DNA from: a virus
Lineage: Duplodnaviria > Caudoviricetes
Reading direction: 5' to 3' (one strand)
Virus record (IMG/VR): IMGVR_UViG_3300048861_000178
Location: 192,001 to 256,000 of that record
DNA length: 64,000 bases
Position 1 is the stretch's first letter. The number at the start of each line of letters is the position of its first letter. The notes below the pieces were generated by a model. The model did not search any database. It saw nothing but the letters and a program-made list of their open reading frames with translations, and was not told where the DNA came from. A program made the translations under genes and the position numbers. Positions 1 to 9,557 of the stretch are shown piece by piece.

Positions 1-8
1 GAGTTAAC

Positions 9-401
9 ATGGCACAGCTGAACATGGACTTGGTGGGGCCGCTCGATGTGGGTGAGGATGCGATGAGTATCGTCATCACCGGCGGCACAGAGCGCGCCCG
101 CTGGGTCGCCAAAGAGGTGGTCTTTGGGGCCTTGGAAGGCGCAGGCTTTCAGCACGTCGATTACATTCCGGATCACAAGGAGCAGATGCCGTCCGAGAAT
201 GTGACCACGCTTTTGGAAGAGTGTCAGATACTCAATCCCGAAATCTTTACCACCGCAATTACCGTGGAAACTGCCCGGCAAGCGTTTGAACCGGACATTC
301 CCAACGAGGCGGCCTGGAACCGGATCACCAATCCGAGTCCGCCCGATGGACCCATCAAAGCCATCGAGATTCAGGGTGGTGTGACCACCATTCGTTTTTA
401 G
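9..401 (+). CDS. Hypothetical protein, paralog family copy 1
   Basis: Contains SIVITG...L.GAGFQHV...TLLEECQILNPEIF, the motif shared with four downstream ORFs. Confidence 0.75.
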   Translation: MAQLNMDLVGPLDVGEDAMSIVITGGTERARWVAKEVVFGALEGAGFQHVDYIPDHKEQMPSENVTTLLEECQILNPEIFTTAITVETARQAFEPDIPNEAAWNRITNPSPPDGPIKAIEIQGGVTTIRF

Positions 402-439
402 CGTAGTCAGTACAGGTTAGAAAGACAGGGAAAAAGAGA

Positions 440-1600
440 ATGAAAATCCTACCGTTGCACACCCCCTTTAACCGTTACCACTTTGTCGACGATCAGTACA
501 ATCTCGGCGAAGCAGAAGCGCTCACCGCGCACGTCTCGGTCTATACGTCGGCGATGCGCTTTAACATGAACATTCCCTTCACCGACCTGGCACGCAGTGA
601 GGAACTCGTCGCGCAGGAAGTGATTCGCCCGAGCTGGGGGGTTGATCCGACGAACCCGCGTTTGTACGGCGTGGTGTTCAAGCTGCCCGATTGCGAGAAG
701 GCGGTGACTTCGGCCATCGGGCTGAATGTGGCAGATGCCCGGTTCGTCCCCGCTTCGCAAACCGACTTCTGTCAACTGGCGATCGAAAACAAGCGCATTC
801 CGTTTGTGATTGGTCTGAAGGAACTGGCGACCTGGACCACGGTCGAATCGCGCCCGCCAATGCTGCAGCGCATGATGGCTGAAGAGATGTATGTGCGATT
901 GGAGATGGAGCTCTCAGGGACGCTCAATATCAAGAGCGGCAACCTGCGCGTCATCCAGCTCACGCCCGTGCATGTGTCGGCGGTGCTCGACCGTAAAGGC
1001 CGCCTGCTTGATCTGGAAGCGGACGAATTCGTCACCTCACTGGTGGCGTATTTCACGCAAGCCGAGCCGATCGGTTTCTGGATGGATGCAGACTGGCTCG
1101 AGTTGCAGCCGCAAGTGTCCTACCAGTTCGAAATGGAGGATGCGTGCTCAGCCGGTCGTGGGCTGGCGCTGCTGGTCAAGGGCGTCGTCGGTGCCTACGA
1201 CTGTACTGGCTATGCTGCGGACGTCTGCGAGCCCACTGAGAGCGCCTACGGCACTACCACGGTGTATCTGGACCCGATGGAGGGCAAGCCCAAGTGGAAA
1301 GTGGTGATCGAGGAGGGGTTCGATCTCCAACCCGGCTGGGTCAATGTGGAATTCTTCGGGCAAGCGGGGGAGCTCCTTAAGCTCAGTAGCATCGCGCGCT
1401 TTGAAAAGATCCCACAGGTGTACGTGGGACAGTGGGCAGGTGCCATCGGCATGTTCTTAGTCGATGGGGACTCACATCGTGTGAATCTCACCCTGCCCGC
1501 GATTGTGCCTGACCACACCACGTGGGCTGAGATCGAAAAGAACCCCGAGGCATTCTCCATCGAACTGCACCGGGCTCGTAAGTTCCAGACCACGGAGTAA
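440..1600 (+). CDS. Hypothetical protein (386 aa)
   Basis: Long ORF with purine-rich upstream region, co-oriented with neighbours; no motif recognised. Confidence 0.75.
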   Translation: MKILPLHTPFNRYHFVDDQYNLGEAEALTAHVSVYTSAMRFNMNIPFTDLARSEELVAQEVIRPSWGVDPTNPRLYGVVFKLPDCEKAVTSAIGLNVADARFVPASQTDFCQLAIENKRIPFVIGLKELATWTTVESRPPMLQRMMAEEMYVRLEMELSGTLNIKSGNLRVIQLTPVHVSAVLDRKGRLLDLEADEFVTSLVAYFTQAEPIGFWMDADWLELQPQVSYQFEMEDACSAGRGLALLVKGVVGAYDCTGYAADVCEPTESAYGTTTVYLDPMEGKPKWKVVIEEGFDLQPGWVNVEFFGQAGELLKLSSIARFEKIPQVYVGQWAGAIGMFLVDGDSHRVNLTLPAIVPDHTTWAEIEKNPEAFSIELHRARKFQTTE

Positions 1601-1606
1601 GCATTA

Positions 1607-2011
1607 ATGAGCGCCCGTAAGAAACCTGCCCTTCCTGAAACCGTTCCGATGGCTGATAACGTACCGAATCCGTTCGGCTACGCCATCATGGGAATTCTGC
1701 AGGCTAAGCTGTTAGCAGTACGCTCGGCGTATCCGAGCATTCAGCTGAAAACCATGTACGTGTGCGAGTCAGAAGACAGTCACGCACACACCCAGTTCTA
1801 CTTCATTGACTTAACCCGTATGGGCCAGCAAGTGCCGTACGTGTCGATGAGGGAGTACTATCGGGACGATGAACCGGGTACAGGGCGATTCTTTGATCTG
1901 TGGCTGCACGATGGTAAAACCGAAGAACTCTTCGTCGAGGCGATCGAAGAAGAGCTTCTCATTGCCGCTAACACGATCTGGGCGCATGTGGGTCTCTCGC
2001 AGCAGAAGTAA
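1607..2011 (+). CDS. Hypothetical protein
   Basis: Starts 6 nt after the previous stop and is followed by a hairpin. Confidence 0.7.
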   Translation: MSARKKPALPETVPMADNVPNPFGYAIMGILQAKLLAVRSAYPSIQLKTMYVCESEDSHAHTQFYFIDLTRMGQQVPYVSMREYYRDDEPGTGRFFDLWLHDGKTEELFVEAIEEELLIAANTIWAHVGLSQQK

Positions 2012-2033
2012 AACTTACGACGACTGAGCATGA

Positions 2034-2069
2034 GATGGAGGGTGCCTTCGGCCCCTCCGTCTTATGAGC
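2034..2069 (+). terminator. Gene-end hairpin followed by TTATGAGC (variant of the hairpin+TATG family)
   Basis: GATGGAGGG...TTCG...CCCTCCGTC then TTATGAGC. Confidence 0.5.
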
Positions 2070-2089
2070 CCTTCAAGGAAAGAATAGGC

Positions 2090-2527
2090 ATGACTCCTGA
2101 CGCAATCAATGTCATCATCGAAGCTCAGGGTGCCCAAACCCGACAGCTGGTGGCAAGTCTGATTCAAGACAAACTCCAGGAATCGGGGTTCACCCATGTC
2201 GACACTGGCATCGCCAGCCGCGACGACGAAACAAGCAAGGTGATCGAACGCTCCGCGCTTCCGAGCCTGCTTGACGAGATGCGTGCACTGAACCCGCGAC
2301 TGTTCGCGCGGCCGGTGAGCATCCTCGCTATGCCCTATAGCGAGAACCCTGTGGAAGCCACCGAGCCCCATCTGAGCACCATGGCGGACCACATCGACGT
2401 AACAGAACTCTCGGGCGACACGTCCGAACTCCAGCCCGGTCAAGGTCGTCTGAAAGACGGCACCATCATTGACCTCGCCACGTTCGTAGCACCAAAAGCA
2501 GTGCTACTCGACGAAGTTCTCGTCTAA
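2090..2527 (+). CDS. Hypothetical protein, paralog family copy 2
   Basis: ATG 2090 after AAGGA; NVIIE...LQESGFTHV...SLLDEMRALNPRLF. Confidence 0.8.
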   Translation: MTPDAINVIIEAQGAQTRQLVASLIQDKLQESGFTHVDTGIASRDDETSKVIERSALPSLLDEMRALNPRLFARPVSILAMPYSENPVEATEPHLSTMADHIDVTELSGDTSELQPGQGRLKDGTIIDLATFVAPKAVLLDEVLV

Positions 2528-2557
2528 CAAAAACCCATCACGAACAGGAACAGTATC

Positions 2558-2971
2558 ATGAAGGAATTTGCTCGCATTATGAACAACGTAACTAAGAACG
2601 ACAGCGGTGCGGGTGTCATCATCGCGTCAGACAACATCAGTCAGCGACAGGCGATCGCGGTTGCGGTCAATAAAGGCCTGGCTGACGCAGGTTTCACCAA
2701 CGTGGCGATCCATGTCGACAAGAGCGACGATCCGACGCGTGTGGATGTGGACCTCTCGAACGCGGACACGCTCCTCGGCTCGATGAAGGCCCTGAACCCG
2801 CAGCTCTTCGATGCACCCATCGCCATCGTTGCCACCGCGGGCGGCAGTGCGGCGCTGGATCTCGTCACGGACATGATTGAAGACGCCAAGGAAGAACTCG
2901 GCGACGGCGCAGGTCTGAACGACGCAATCCGGGTGAGCAAGCCCGAAGCAGCTACGGTCATCGTGCAGTAA
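2558..2971 (+). CDS. Hypothetical protein, paralog family copy 3
   Basis: GVIIA...LADAGFTNV...TLLGSMKALNPQLF; AGGA RBS. Confidence 0.8.
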   Translation: MKEFARIMNNVTKNDSGAGVIIASDNISQRQAIAVAVNKGLADAGFTNVAIHVDKSDDPTRVDVDLSNADTLLGSMKALNPQLFDAPIAIVATAGGSAALDLVTDMIEDAKEELGDGAGLNDAIRVSKPEAATVIVQ

Positions 2972-2999
2972 ACGACGCAGTAAAACAAGGAGGAAGGAA

Positions 3000-3368
3000 A
3001 TGGAACAGCAAGAAGATGCGGTTGCCAGTGTCGTCATCGAGTCGGATAACAACGAACTCGCGCTGGCGCTCGGCAAAGTCGTGGGTCATGCGATCCAGAA
3101 CGTCGGCTTCACCAACGTCACCGTTACTCATCATGCGGATATGAGTAGCGAGGCCGCGGGTGACCCGCAAACGGACTTCGAGCAAGGCAAGTCGTTGCTC
3201 GATGCGATGGCGGACGCCAATCCGGCGCTCTTCCATCGTCGTATCGAAGTCGTGAGTGCCTGTCTCGAGCCGGAGCTCGAAGTGGAGATGGACCTGCCAC
3301 CCAACGAGGCTGCGGATCTGGAAGTCGCGCTCGAACTGGATCGCGACGAGGTGAGTGAGCGCGATTAA
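3000..3368 (+). CDS. Hypothetical protein, paralog family copy 4
   Basis: SVVIE...IQNVGFTNV...SLLDAMADANPALF; strong AGGAGG RBS. Confidence 0.8.
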   Translation: MEQQEDAVASVVIESDNNELALALGKVVGHAIQNVGFTNVTVTHHADMSSEAAGDPQTDFEQGKSLLDAMADANPALFHRRIEVVSACLEPELEVEMDLPPNEAADLEVALELDRDEVSERD

Positions 3369-3380
3369 AAGGGAGGAGTG

Positions 3381-3860
3381 ATGGACGCACCTGTGAACAT
3401 CGTGGTGGAATCGCGCGATGGGAAGAGTGCGGAGTTAGTAGGTCGGGCTATTAGCCAGTCACTGAAGGACACGTACGGCTTTAAGCGCGTCACGGTCGGT
3501 CATGTGGTAGCTGATACGCCTGGCTTTCGTGCTTGGCACAGCAGCACCGAGGTGCAGGAAGAGCCTCAGTCGCTGTTGGAAGCCATGCAGGAAGCTAACC
3601 CGCAGTTGTTTGAACAGCCCGTGACCATTATCAGTCGCGAGCAACCTTTGAAGGCGTTTTCCGACCCGGTGGCAGAGGTGTCCGGCTTCGTCGAGGCCAT
3701 GAATGATGAAGGCGTTACTTTCGCAGAAGCCCAAGGGTTGCAAGACGTGACCTTTAAACTGCCAGGTGAACCCGCGAAACCAGCCCAAGCGGACGTCGAA
3801 GGTTTCGTTAAGGCGGCCGAGATGCTGGGTATACGGGTCGAAAAAGTCATTAGCCTGTAG
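3381..3860 (+). CDS. Hypothetical protein, paralog family copy 5
   Basis: NIVVE...LKDTYGFKRV...SLLEAMQEANPQLF; GGAGG RBS. Confidence 0.8.
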   Translation: MDAPVNIVVESRDGKSAELVGRAISQSLKDTYGFKRVTVGHVVADTPGFRAWHSSTEVQEEPQSLLEAMQEANPQLFEQPVTIISREQPLKAFSDPVAEVSGFVEAMNDEGVTFAEAQGLQDVTFKLPGEPAKPAQADVEGFVKAAEMLGIRVEKVISL

Positions 3861-3874
3861 TATTTTCCCTTGAG

Positions 3875-3909
3875 GCGAGGAGGCTGCGGCTTCCTCGCTA
3901 CTTATAACG
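3875..3909 (+). terminator. Gene-end hairpin closing the paralog cluster
   Basis: GCGAGGAGGC-TGCG-GCTTCCTCGC then TACTTATAACG. Confidence 0.55.
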
Positions 3910-3934
3910 CTTATGTCTTAGTTGAATAAAAAAC

Positions 3935-4438
3935 ATGGAACTCTTTGATTTCACCAATGCCGGTAATGAATTCGGCGTCAAGCTGATCGAGGCTTTGAAC
4001 TCCCAGATCATCTCGAAGAAGGTCTTCCCCTTCGGCACCGTTAAGGAAAAGCTGTATGCCTCAACGGGCTGGGGTGATATGGAAATTCGCTTCGGCGCAA
4101 CCTCGGGCAGCGAAGCCGCTGAACGCGAGGTGCGTATCCGGGCGCGGCAGTTCACGGGCTTCTTTGAAGTGCGCTTTATGCGCTCGGTCTCGCAAGAGTA
4201 TGCCCCGCGTTTTTACAATCGGGCGCGAGAACAGGAGCGTGCCCTGGCAGACATGATTAGCTGGCTCGGCTACGGCGAGCTCACGCAAGAGTACACTGAA
4301 GGGGCAGCCGAGTATCAGCGCTGGCTGGACGGCGTGGGGGAACCGACGCCCAACAGCGTGCTGGGTCTTATCATCAACGCGGGCTTTCGCCTCGGGGACC
4401 GCGCCTTGTTGCAAGAGATCGAGCACGCTACCGCTTAA
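3935..4438 (+). CDS. Hypothetical protein
   Basis: 167 aa ORF in the co-oriented cluster. Confidence 0.7.
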   Translation: MELFDFTNAGNEFGVKLIEALNSQIISKKVFPFGTVKEKLYASTGWGDMEIRFGATSGSEAAEREVRIRARQFTGFFEVRFMRSVSQEYAPRFYNRAREQERALADMISWLGYGELTQEYTEGAAEYQRWLDGVGEPTPNSVLGLIINAGFRLGDRALLQEIEHATA

Positions 4439-4461
4439 CGTAACGCTTTCAGGAGAACAGG

Positions 4462-6492
4462 ATGAAGAAAGGAATTCGCATCACCATCGACGGCGCCAGC
4501 AACACTGGTAAGACGCTGCTCGCCTATGCCTTCTCGGAATTCTTGCGCCAGAACGGCGCGGAGGACGAGCAGATCTCGTTCTTCAATGACGGCATGCCGC
4601 CGCGGGAAGAATGTCAGCGCATTCTGGAAAATGCGATCGCCAATGGCGTCTTCAAGGATACCGAATTCGTCTTTGTTGAACGCAACGTGGGACGCTTGCA
4701 TCTGGTCGATGCCGGGATCGAAGGCACGGCCCGCTGGCAAGCGAAGCCAAAGAAGTATTTGCCAATCCACCAGAATGCGGCCCACGTTGACATGGAAATG
4801 GGGGTTGCCTATTCCTCTTCGCGTGACAATGCGCAGCGGGCCCGCCAGGAAGACGACAAACCCGTCGGCACGCTACTGAGCACGCATCTCGACGCCAGTG
4901 CCGTGCGTCGTAAATACGCCAAGCAACACATGCTCGATATGCAGAACAAGTCGAGCGAAGCGCAAGAATACCTGCAGCTCCAGGAAATCAAGCGCCAGAC
5001 CTTGCTGAACGAGATGCTCAAAGAACCGGCACTCGTGCCCATTCTTGGTGAATTCCGGATCAACACCGTTCACCTTATCCCGCCGCTCGCGCAGGAGAGC
5101 TACCTGGGTTACCGCAAGAGGGAGTTCGAGGACAACGATACCCTGCCGCAGTTGGACGTGTTTATTTCGCGCTGGGATCGTCAACCGGTCACGCAGCAGG
5201 ATATGGTGCGCCTCTACACGGCCTTCAAGCCGGGCTTCCCGGAGATCTGCCTCAACCGCAAGCTGCAGAACTCCGGTATCTCGGGCGCGCATGTGTCTGG
5301 CTCGACGCCGTTGTTCAATCTGACAGCCCATAGTGCGCTGGCGCGAGCAGGTCGGGATGCATTGCAAGCCATGACAAGCCAGCAAGCTCGGGCATCTTCT
5401 CCGATCCTGGAAACCCTGGATGATATCACCCGGAACCATTTCGCTGTGCGAGCCACCGATGCGCGTGCTTTCAGGCCTGAAGGAGGCTGGCCTGGAGAGT
5501 TTGGTGGTACTGTCCTGGGTCATCCGCTGGGGCACGATAATGGCGACCACAACGGCGAGCTGGAGTCGGGTTTCAAGTACCAGATGCAGATCCATCCGCT
5601 CACCGGTGAAACGCGTGAACAGATGCTGGTACGTGCTCAGTCATTCATCCGCGGGATGCATATCGGCGGGGGTGAAATGGCATTCGACTATTCGAACCTA
5701 CCGGTTGATCTGACGTTCGATAACCAGTGCGGGGTGCGCTGGAAGACCGAAGCGGAGATGGCCCAGGTGCAAGCCGAAGTGGATGCGGTGTTCGAACAGG
5801 CTCATGACGCGCCTTTGTCGATGAGCAAAGAGTATTACTTCGACGCGTTTGGGGGCCTGCGCGCTTCGTATGAAGCACCGGGCGCTAACGGCGAGTTCGG
5901 CCGCCTTCTCGCTCAGCTACATTCAGCGGGTCATCGCGAACTGATGCAAAAGTTCACCCTTCATAGCCTCGTCAATCTCTCGAACGACGAAGCCCAACAA
6001 CAGAAGTGGAACCACAAGCGGAGGAACTTCATCATTCGTGGAACGAATAGGCAGTTCCATGAAGTAAAGTTCCTGGCGGAGTTCAAACCGGCAGATGGCG
6101 TAACGAATGTTACGCCTTACATCGGCCAGTTGATCGAAGCCATGCATCAGTGTCGCCCGGAAGTGCTGGCTTACGTTACGTATCCGACAGGTCGGTGGCT
6201 GGAGCAGGACCGTAAGATCGTCAACCAGAGTGAGCTGGATCAGTATCCGGGGATTGATGGAATCGACTCGACGGCTGAGTTCGCATCGGAAGAAGAGCAA
6301 CGCAGAATGACCGAAGGAAGAAGTCCAATCTTCAGCAGACTGCCGCGCGGTATGAACCGTTCCATCACCCACATCGACGACGCAGGACTGTGGCCGGGCG
6401 GTGTTGCGCCGGTAGCCTCGCCTGCTGATCCGGTGTTGAAAGAACAGATGGACACGGTGGCTGCGAACCTGCTCAAGGTCCGTGACCAGTAA
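4462..6492 (+). CDS. Hypothetical protein with N-terminal P-loop (Walker A) motif
   Basis: IRITIDGASNTGKT at the N-terminus; AGGAG RBS; remainder unrecognised. Confidence 0.7.
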   Translation: MKKGIRITIDGASNTGKTLLAYAFSEFLRQNGAEDEQISFFNDGMPPREECQRILENAIANGVFKDTEFVFVERNVGRLHLVDAGIEGTARWQAKPKKYLPIHQNAAHVDMEMGVAYSSSRDNAQRARQEDDKPVGTLLSTHLDASAVRRKYAKQHMLDMQNKSSEAQEYLQLQEIKRQTLLNEMLKEPALVPILGEFRINTVHLIPPLAQESYLGYRKREFEDNDTLPQLDVFISRWDRQPVTQQDMVRLYTAFKPGFPEICLNRKLQNSGISGAHVSGSTPLFNLTAHSALARAGRDALQAMTSQQARASSPILETLDDITRNHFAVRATDARAFRPEGGWPGEFGGTVLGHPLGHDNGDHNGELESGFKYQMQIHPLTGETREQMLVRAQSFIRGMHIGGGEMAFDYSNLPVDLTFDNQCGVRWKTEAEMAQVQAEVDAVFEQAHDAPLSMSKEYYFDAFGGLRASYEAPGANGEFGRLLAQLHSAGHRELMQKFTLHSLVNLSNDEAQQQKWNHKRRNFIIRGTNRQFHEVKFLAEFKPADGVTNVTPYIGQLIEAMHQCRPEVLAYVTYPTGRWLEQDRKIVNQSELDQYPGIDGIDSTAEFASEEEQRRMTEGRSPIFSRLPRGMNRSITHIDDAGLWPGGVAPVASPADPVLKEQMDTVAANLLKVRDQ

Positions 6493-6561
6493 CTGAACAA
6501 CGGGGCCGTGCGATGGGGCCAATAATAACAAATCCAAACGGCGTGCTCGACACGCCTTCGA

Positions 6562-6620
6562 CGGCATAAACGCCCAGGAGACCTTCGGGTCTCCTGGGCT
6601 CTATGACCGTCTTTTTTTTT
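6562..6620. terminator. Bidirectional terminator-like element, CGGCATAA-hairpin-CTATGACCG plus T-tract
   Basis: 12-bp stem GCCCAGGAGACC-TTCG-GGTCTCCTGGGC between convergent genes. Confidence 0.85.
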
Positions 6621-6624
6621 GGTC

Positions 6625-9489
6625 TTAGACTTGCGGTTCTGCTGCGCCTTGGTCTTCCGGCTTGTCATCTTCCGGATTCAAAGGTGATTCATCGGTCGTG
6701 CTGGCGGCGCCACCGAGGTTAAAGGGATCGTCACCGCCCCCTGCACCACCCATGTCGAAACCACCACCGCCAAAGTCATCACTGCCACCCAAGCCACCCA
6801 GACCGGTGTCGCCACCCATGGACATGTCACCGCCCATGCTACCGCCACCCATGTCACCCATCCCGCCTCCCATCCCGCCGCTGTTCTGGTCGGTCGCCTG
6901 ACGCTTGGCGTTGTTCAGCCCCGCTGCATCCTTGATCGGCTTCATGCCATTCATGAAGTGGTCCATGCTCAGGATCATGTTGCTGGTGTGATCCTGGAAC
7001 GCATCCCACAGGTTGAGCTTCGGCTTGCCGTCATCATCCAGCGTGTTCAGATCGGAGAGCTCCGGCAGCACGCCATTCTCACCCATCCACTTACGCATGA
7101 AGTAGGCCTTGGCCATCTCCTTGAGCGAACCCGCGTAGTTGCTGAGGTCGCCCGTGGTGTCGGACGTGAGGAAGTTCGTCGAGATGTAGTAGTCGAGGCC
7201 CTGATCAAGCGACTTCGAGTACGTATCCATGGCCGCCAGTTGGTTCTCCAGCGTCACGCTGTTCGGCTTCGGCAGGCTGACTTCCAGACCCATCACAAAG
7301 TCGTACAGGAGCTGCTGAATCACCAGTTCCTTCGGCTGACCACCCAAGTGCGACCGATATGTCGGATCGTCCTTATGGGCCTCGTCTTGCTTCTTCAACC
7401 GCTCCAGCAGCTTATCGGCGCTCGCCTCCAGAATCGCCCGCAGATCCCGAATGAGCTCTTCATCATTCATCATGACCTTACGCACGTGATCTGCCAGTTG
7501 TGGCTCGATCACTTCCTGAATGTTCATCACTCGCTTGGACAAGAGGATGTTGTTAGTCAGGACCGAAGTCGCGAACTCCGCTTCGAAGGCCGCATCAACG
7601 GACTGCGGGGTGAGACCCAGGCCCATGATCGAGCGCTTGCGCAGATCATCGTCGAGCTCCGTGTCGGGCTTCACGTAGCTGGTGTTCTTTTCCCCAAACT
7701 CCACCGTCATGTCCGGGAGTCCAGGATGGCCTTCCGGGACGAACTCAAAGCCCGCCCGCTGCACCCAGTCCACGATATCCATCGGCGAGTTGGTGCCCAC
7801 CGGGAACGCTTGCTGACGGCTGCGTAGGATTTCATGCACCACGCGCTCAAAGGTCTTCTGCGGGTCAGGATCGTGCTCATCCATCTTGATCTTGACCTCA
7901 GTGCGACCCATCGAGTTCTTGACGGCCGCCATCACGTTGGCAAACAAGAGCATCGAGCGCAGCGAGTTGATGATCTTCAGGTCATCGAGCATTGACTTAC
8001 CCATGCCGTCGCCGTTATAGCGCAGCGCGAAGTACGTCATGAACTCGATCGGCATGAAGAGCAGCTGCGTGTGTTGCTTGGCGAGTGCCCGTGCAAACAT
8101 GATACGGTACACTTCTTCACGCTTAGCCAGAGCCACGCCGTTGCCGTAGACACCATTACGCAGGCGAGCGAGCAGATCCTGCTCGATCATTTCACCGTAC
8201 ACACGCGCCGAATAATCCAGGTGGGCGTTATTGGTGTTATCGAACCCCTGCATGTTCGCCTTGACCTTTTGCAGCATGGCCGAAGGGAACGAACCGCCAG
8301 AGTTCATCCGGGCGTTCAATTGCTGGTAGTAGTCGATGTCGGCAATGCGCTGAATCGGGTGACCGTCTTCATCGATCAAGATGAAGAAGCCCACGTGCTG
8401 CTCAACGTTACCTGGCACGAACACTGGAATGACTGCTTCCGAGGGCAAGTGCATGATGAGCGGCGCACCGACAGTCCGGCGATTGAGCTGCTCCTGGGTT
8501 TTCAGCGTCGTGATCGGCTTGTACTGGTAGTTACGATCCCGATAGATCATCCCAGCCAGTTCCCGATCATTGGGCTTGTGCTGCTGGACCTGATGCGTCG
8601 GGCTCGGCACGCCATACGCTTCGGTCGCGGTCTTCATGGTACGCGACAGACCGTTGCGCGCGCCCAGCAGTTCCATCACGCGGTTTTCGCGGATCTTCTG
8701 GTACAGCATCGGCACCTTGAGCAACGACGGGTTATCGGTGACCGTCGTATAGGTTTCCTGCGCGATGTTATCGAACGCTTTCTCGAGCGTCACATCGGTG
8801 CGATAGGTCGTGTCGAACTTGAACGTCTCGAGCGACTCCATCGAGAGCGCCGCACCCTGACGCACTTGCGTGGGCTTGGTCTTGGTGACCGGACCCAGCA
8901 GACCGAGGGGCTTGATCCGACCATCATTGTGAAAGTGCTCGACGAGCGACTCCATCGAGACTTTGCGATTGGAGTTGATCACATCGTCAATCGAATTCTC
9001 GGGAATCACCGCGACCGGATACGAGCCCGTCTCAGCCAGAACATCACGCAGCATCCGAGGAAGGACCTGCTTTATTTTATAGTTCTGTTCAAAATGGACG
9101 CGAACACGATTGGTCATTGCCGTGTTCACTTCCGGCGGGACCAGGTTCTCCGGAGCTTTATATGTCAGCTCCACGGTCATCATGTCTTTCGGTGAAAGTA
9201 CCGAGGACACGAGGATCTGAATCGCCAGTTCGAGTTCAGGTAACGTCTGGAGCACGGTCTGTGCATCCGAGATGTTTTGAACCGTATTATCCGAGACGTT
9301 CTTCAATGCCTGGATCGACGGATTGTCCGTCGTCATGTTTCCAGAGCTGTCGTACCGGGGAGGCGTTTTGCCATGGACCATCTTGCTGATGGTGGCGGCC
9401 ATGCCTGGGTCTTGACGAACCAGGGACATCGCCGAATAGCGTTTGCCACTGCCAGCAAGCGCAATGGCTTCCTTCAACGCTTTGGACAT
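6625..9489 (-). CDS. Portal protein (phiKZ gp129-like)
   Basis: 954 aa; resembles the phiKZ-family portal (ILVSSVLSPKDM, LPSEAVIPV...GFFILIDEDG, FATS...NILLSKRV); divergent from a large structural gene as in relatives. Confidence 0.75.
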   Translation of the reverse strand: MSKALKEAIALAGSGKRYSAMSLVRQDPGMAATISKMVHGKTPPRYDSSGNMTTDNPSIQALKNVSDNTVQNISDAQTVLQTLPELELAIQILVSSVLSPKDMMTVELTYKAPENLVPPEVNTAMTNRVRVHFEQNYKIKQVLPRMLRDVLAETGSYPVAVIPENSIDDVINSNRKVSMESLVEHFHNDGRIKPLGLLGPVTKTKPTQVRQGAALSMESLETFKFDTTYRTDVTLEKAFDNIAQETYTTVTDNPSLLKVPMLYQKIRENRVMELLGARNGLSRTMKTATEAYGVPSPTHQVQQHKPNDRELAGMIYRDRNYQYKPITTLKTQEQLNRRTVGAPLIMHLPSEAVIPVFVPGNVEQHVGFFILIDEDGHPIQRIADIDYYQQLNARMNSGGSFPSAMLQKVKANMQGFDNTNNAHLDYSARVYGEMIEQDLLARLRNGVYGNGVALAKREEVYRIMFARALAKQHTQLLFMPIEFMTYFALRYNGDGMGKSMLDDLKIINSLRSMLLFANVMAAVKNSMGRTEVKIKMDEHDPDPQKTFERVVHEILRSRQQAFPVGTNSPMDIVDWVQRAGFEFVPEGHPGLPDMTVEFGEKNTSYVKPDTELDDDLRKRSIMGLGLTPQSVDAAFEAEFATSVLTNNILLSKRVMNIQEVIEPQLADHVRKVMMNDEELIRDLRAILEASADKLLERLKKQDEAHKDDPTYRSHLGGQPKELVIQQLLYDFVMGLEVSLPKPNSVTLENQLAAMDTYSKSLDQGLDYYISTNFLTSDTTGDLSNYAGSLKEMAKAYFMRKWMGENGVLPELSDLNTLDDDGKPKLNLWDAFQDHTSNMILSMDHFMNGMKPIKDAAGLNNAKRQATDQNSGGMGGGMGDMGGGSMGGDMSMGGDTGLGGLGGSDDFGGGGFDMGGAGGGDDPFNLGGAASTTDESPLNPEDDKPEDQGAAEPQV

Positions 9490-9557
9490 TTGAACCTCAA
9501 CGAAAGATAGCCCTTGAAAAACAAGGACTGCATGTTATTGAAATAAGGGGCGCCGTT

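Noticed and set aside
8829-8960. Short direct DNA repeat CGAGCGACTCCATCGAGA in the portal gene
   Set aside because: Explained by the repeated peptide SMESL; not a CRISPR or mobile-element repeat
9490-9557. Individual late (TATG) promoter calls in divergent intergenic regions
   Set aside because: A 4-nt motif cannot be assigned reliably without TSS data
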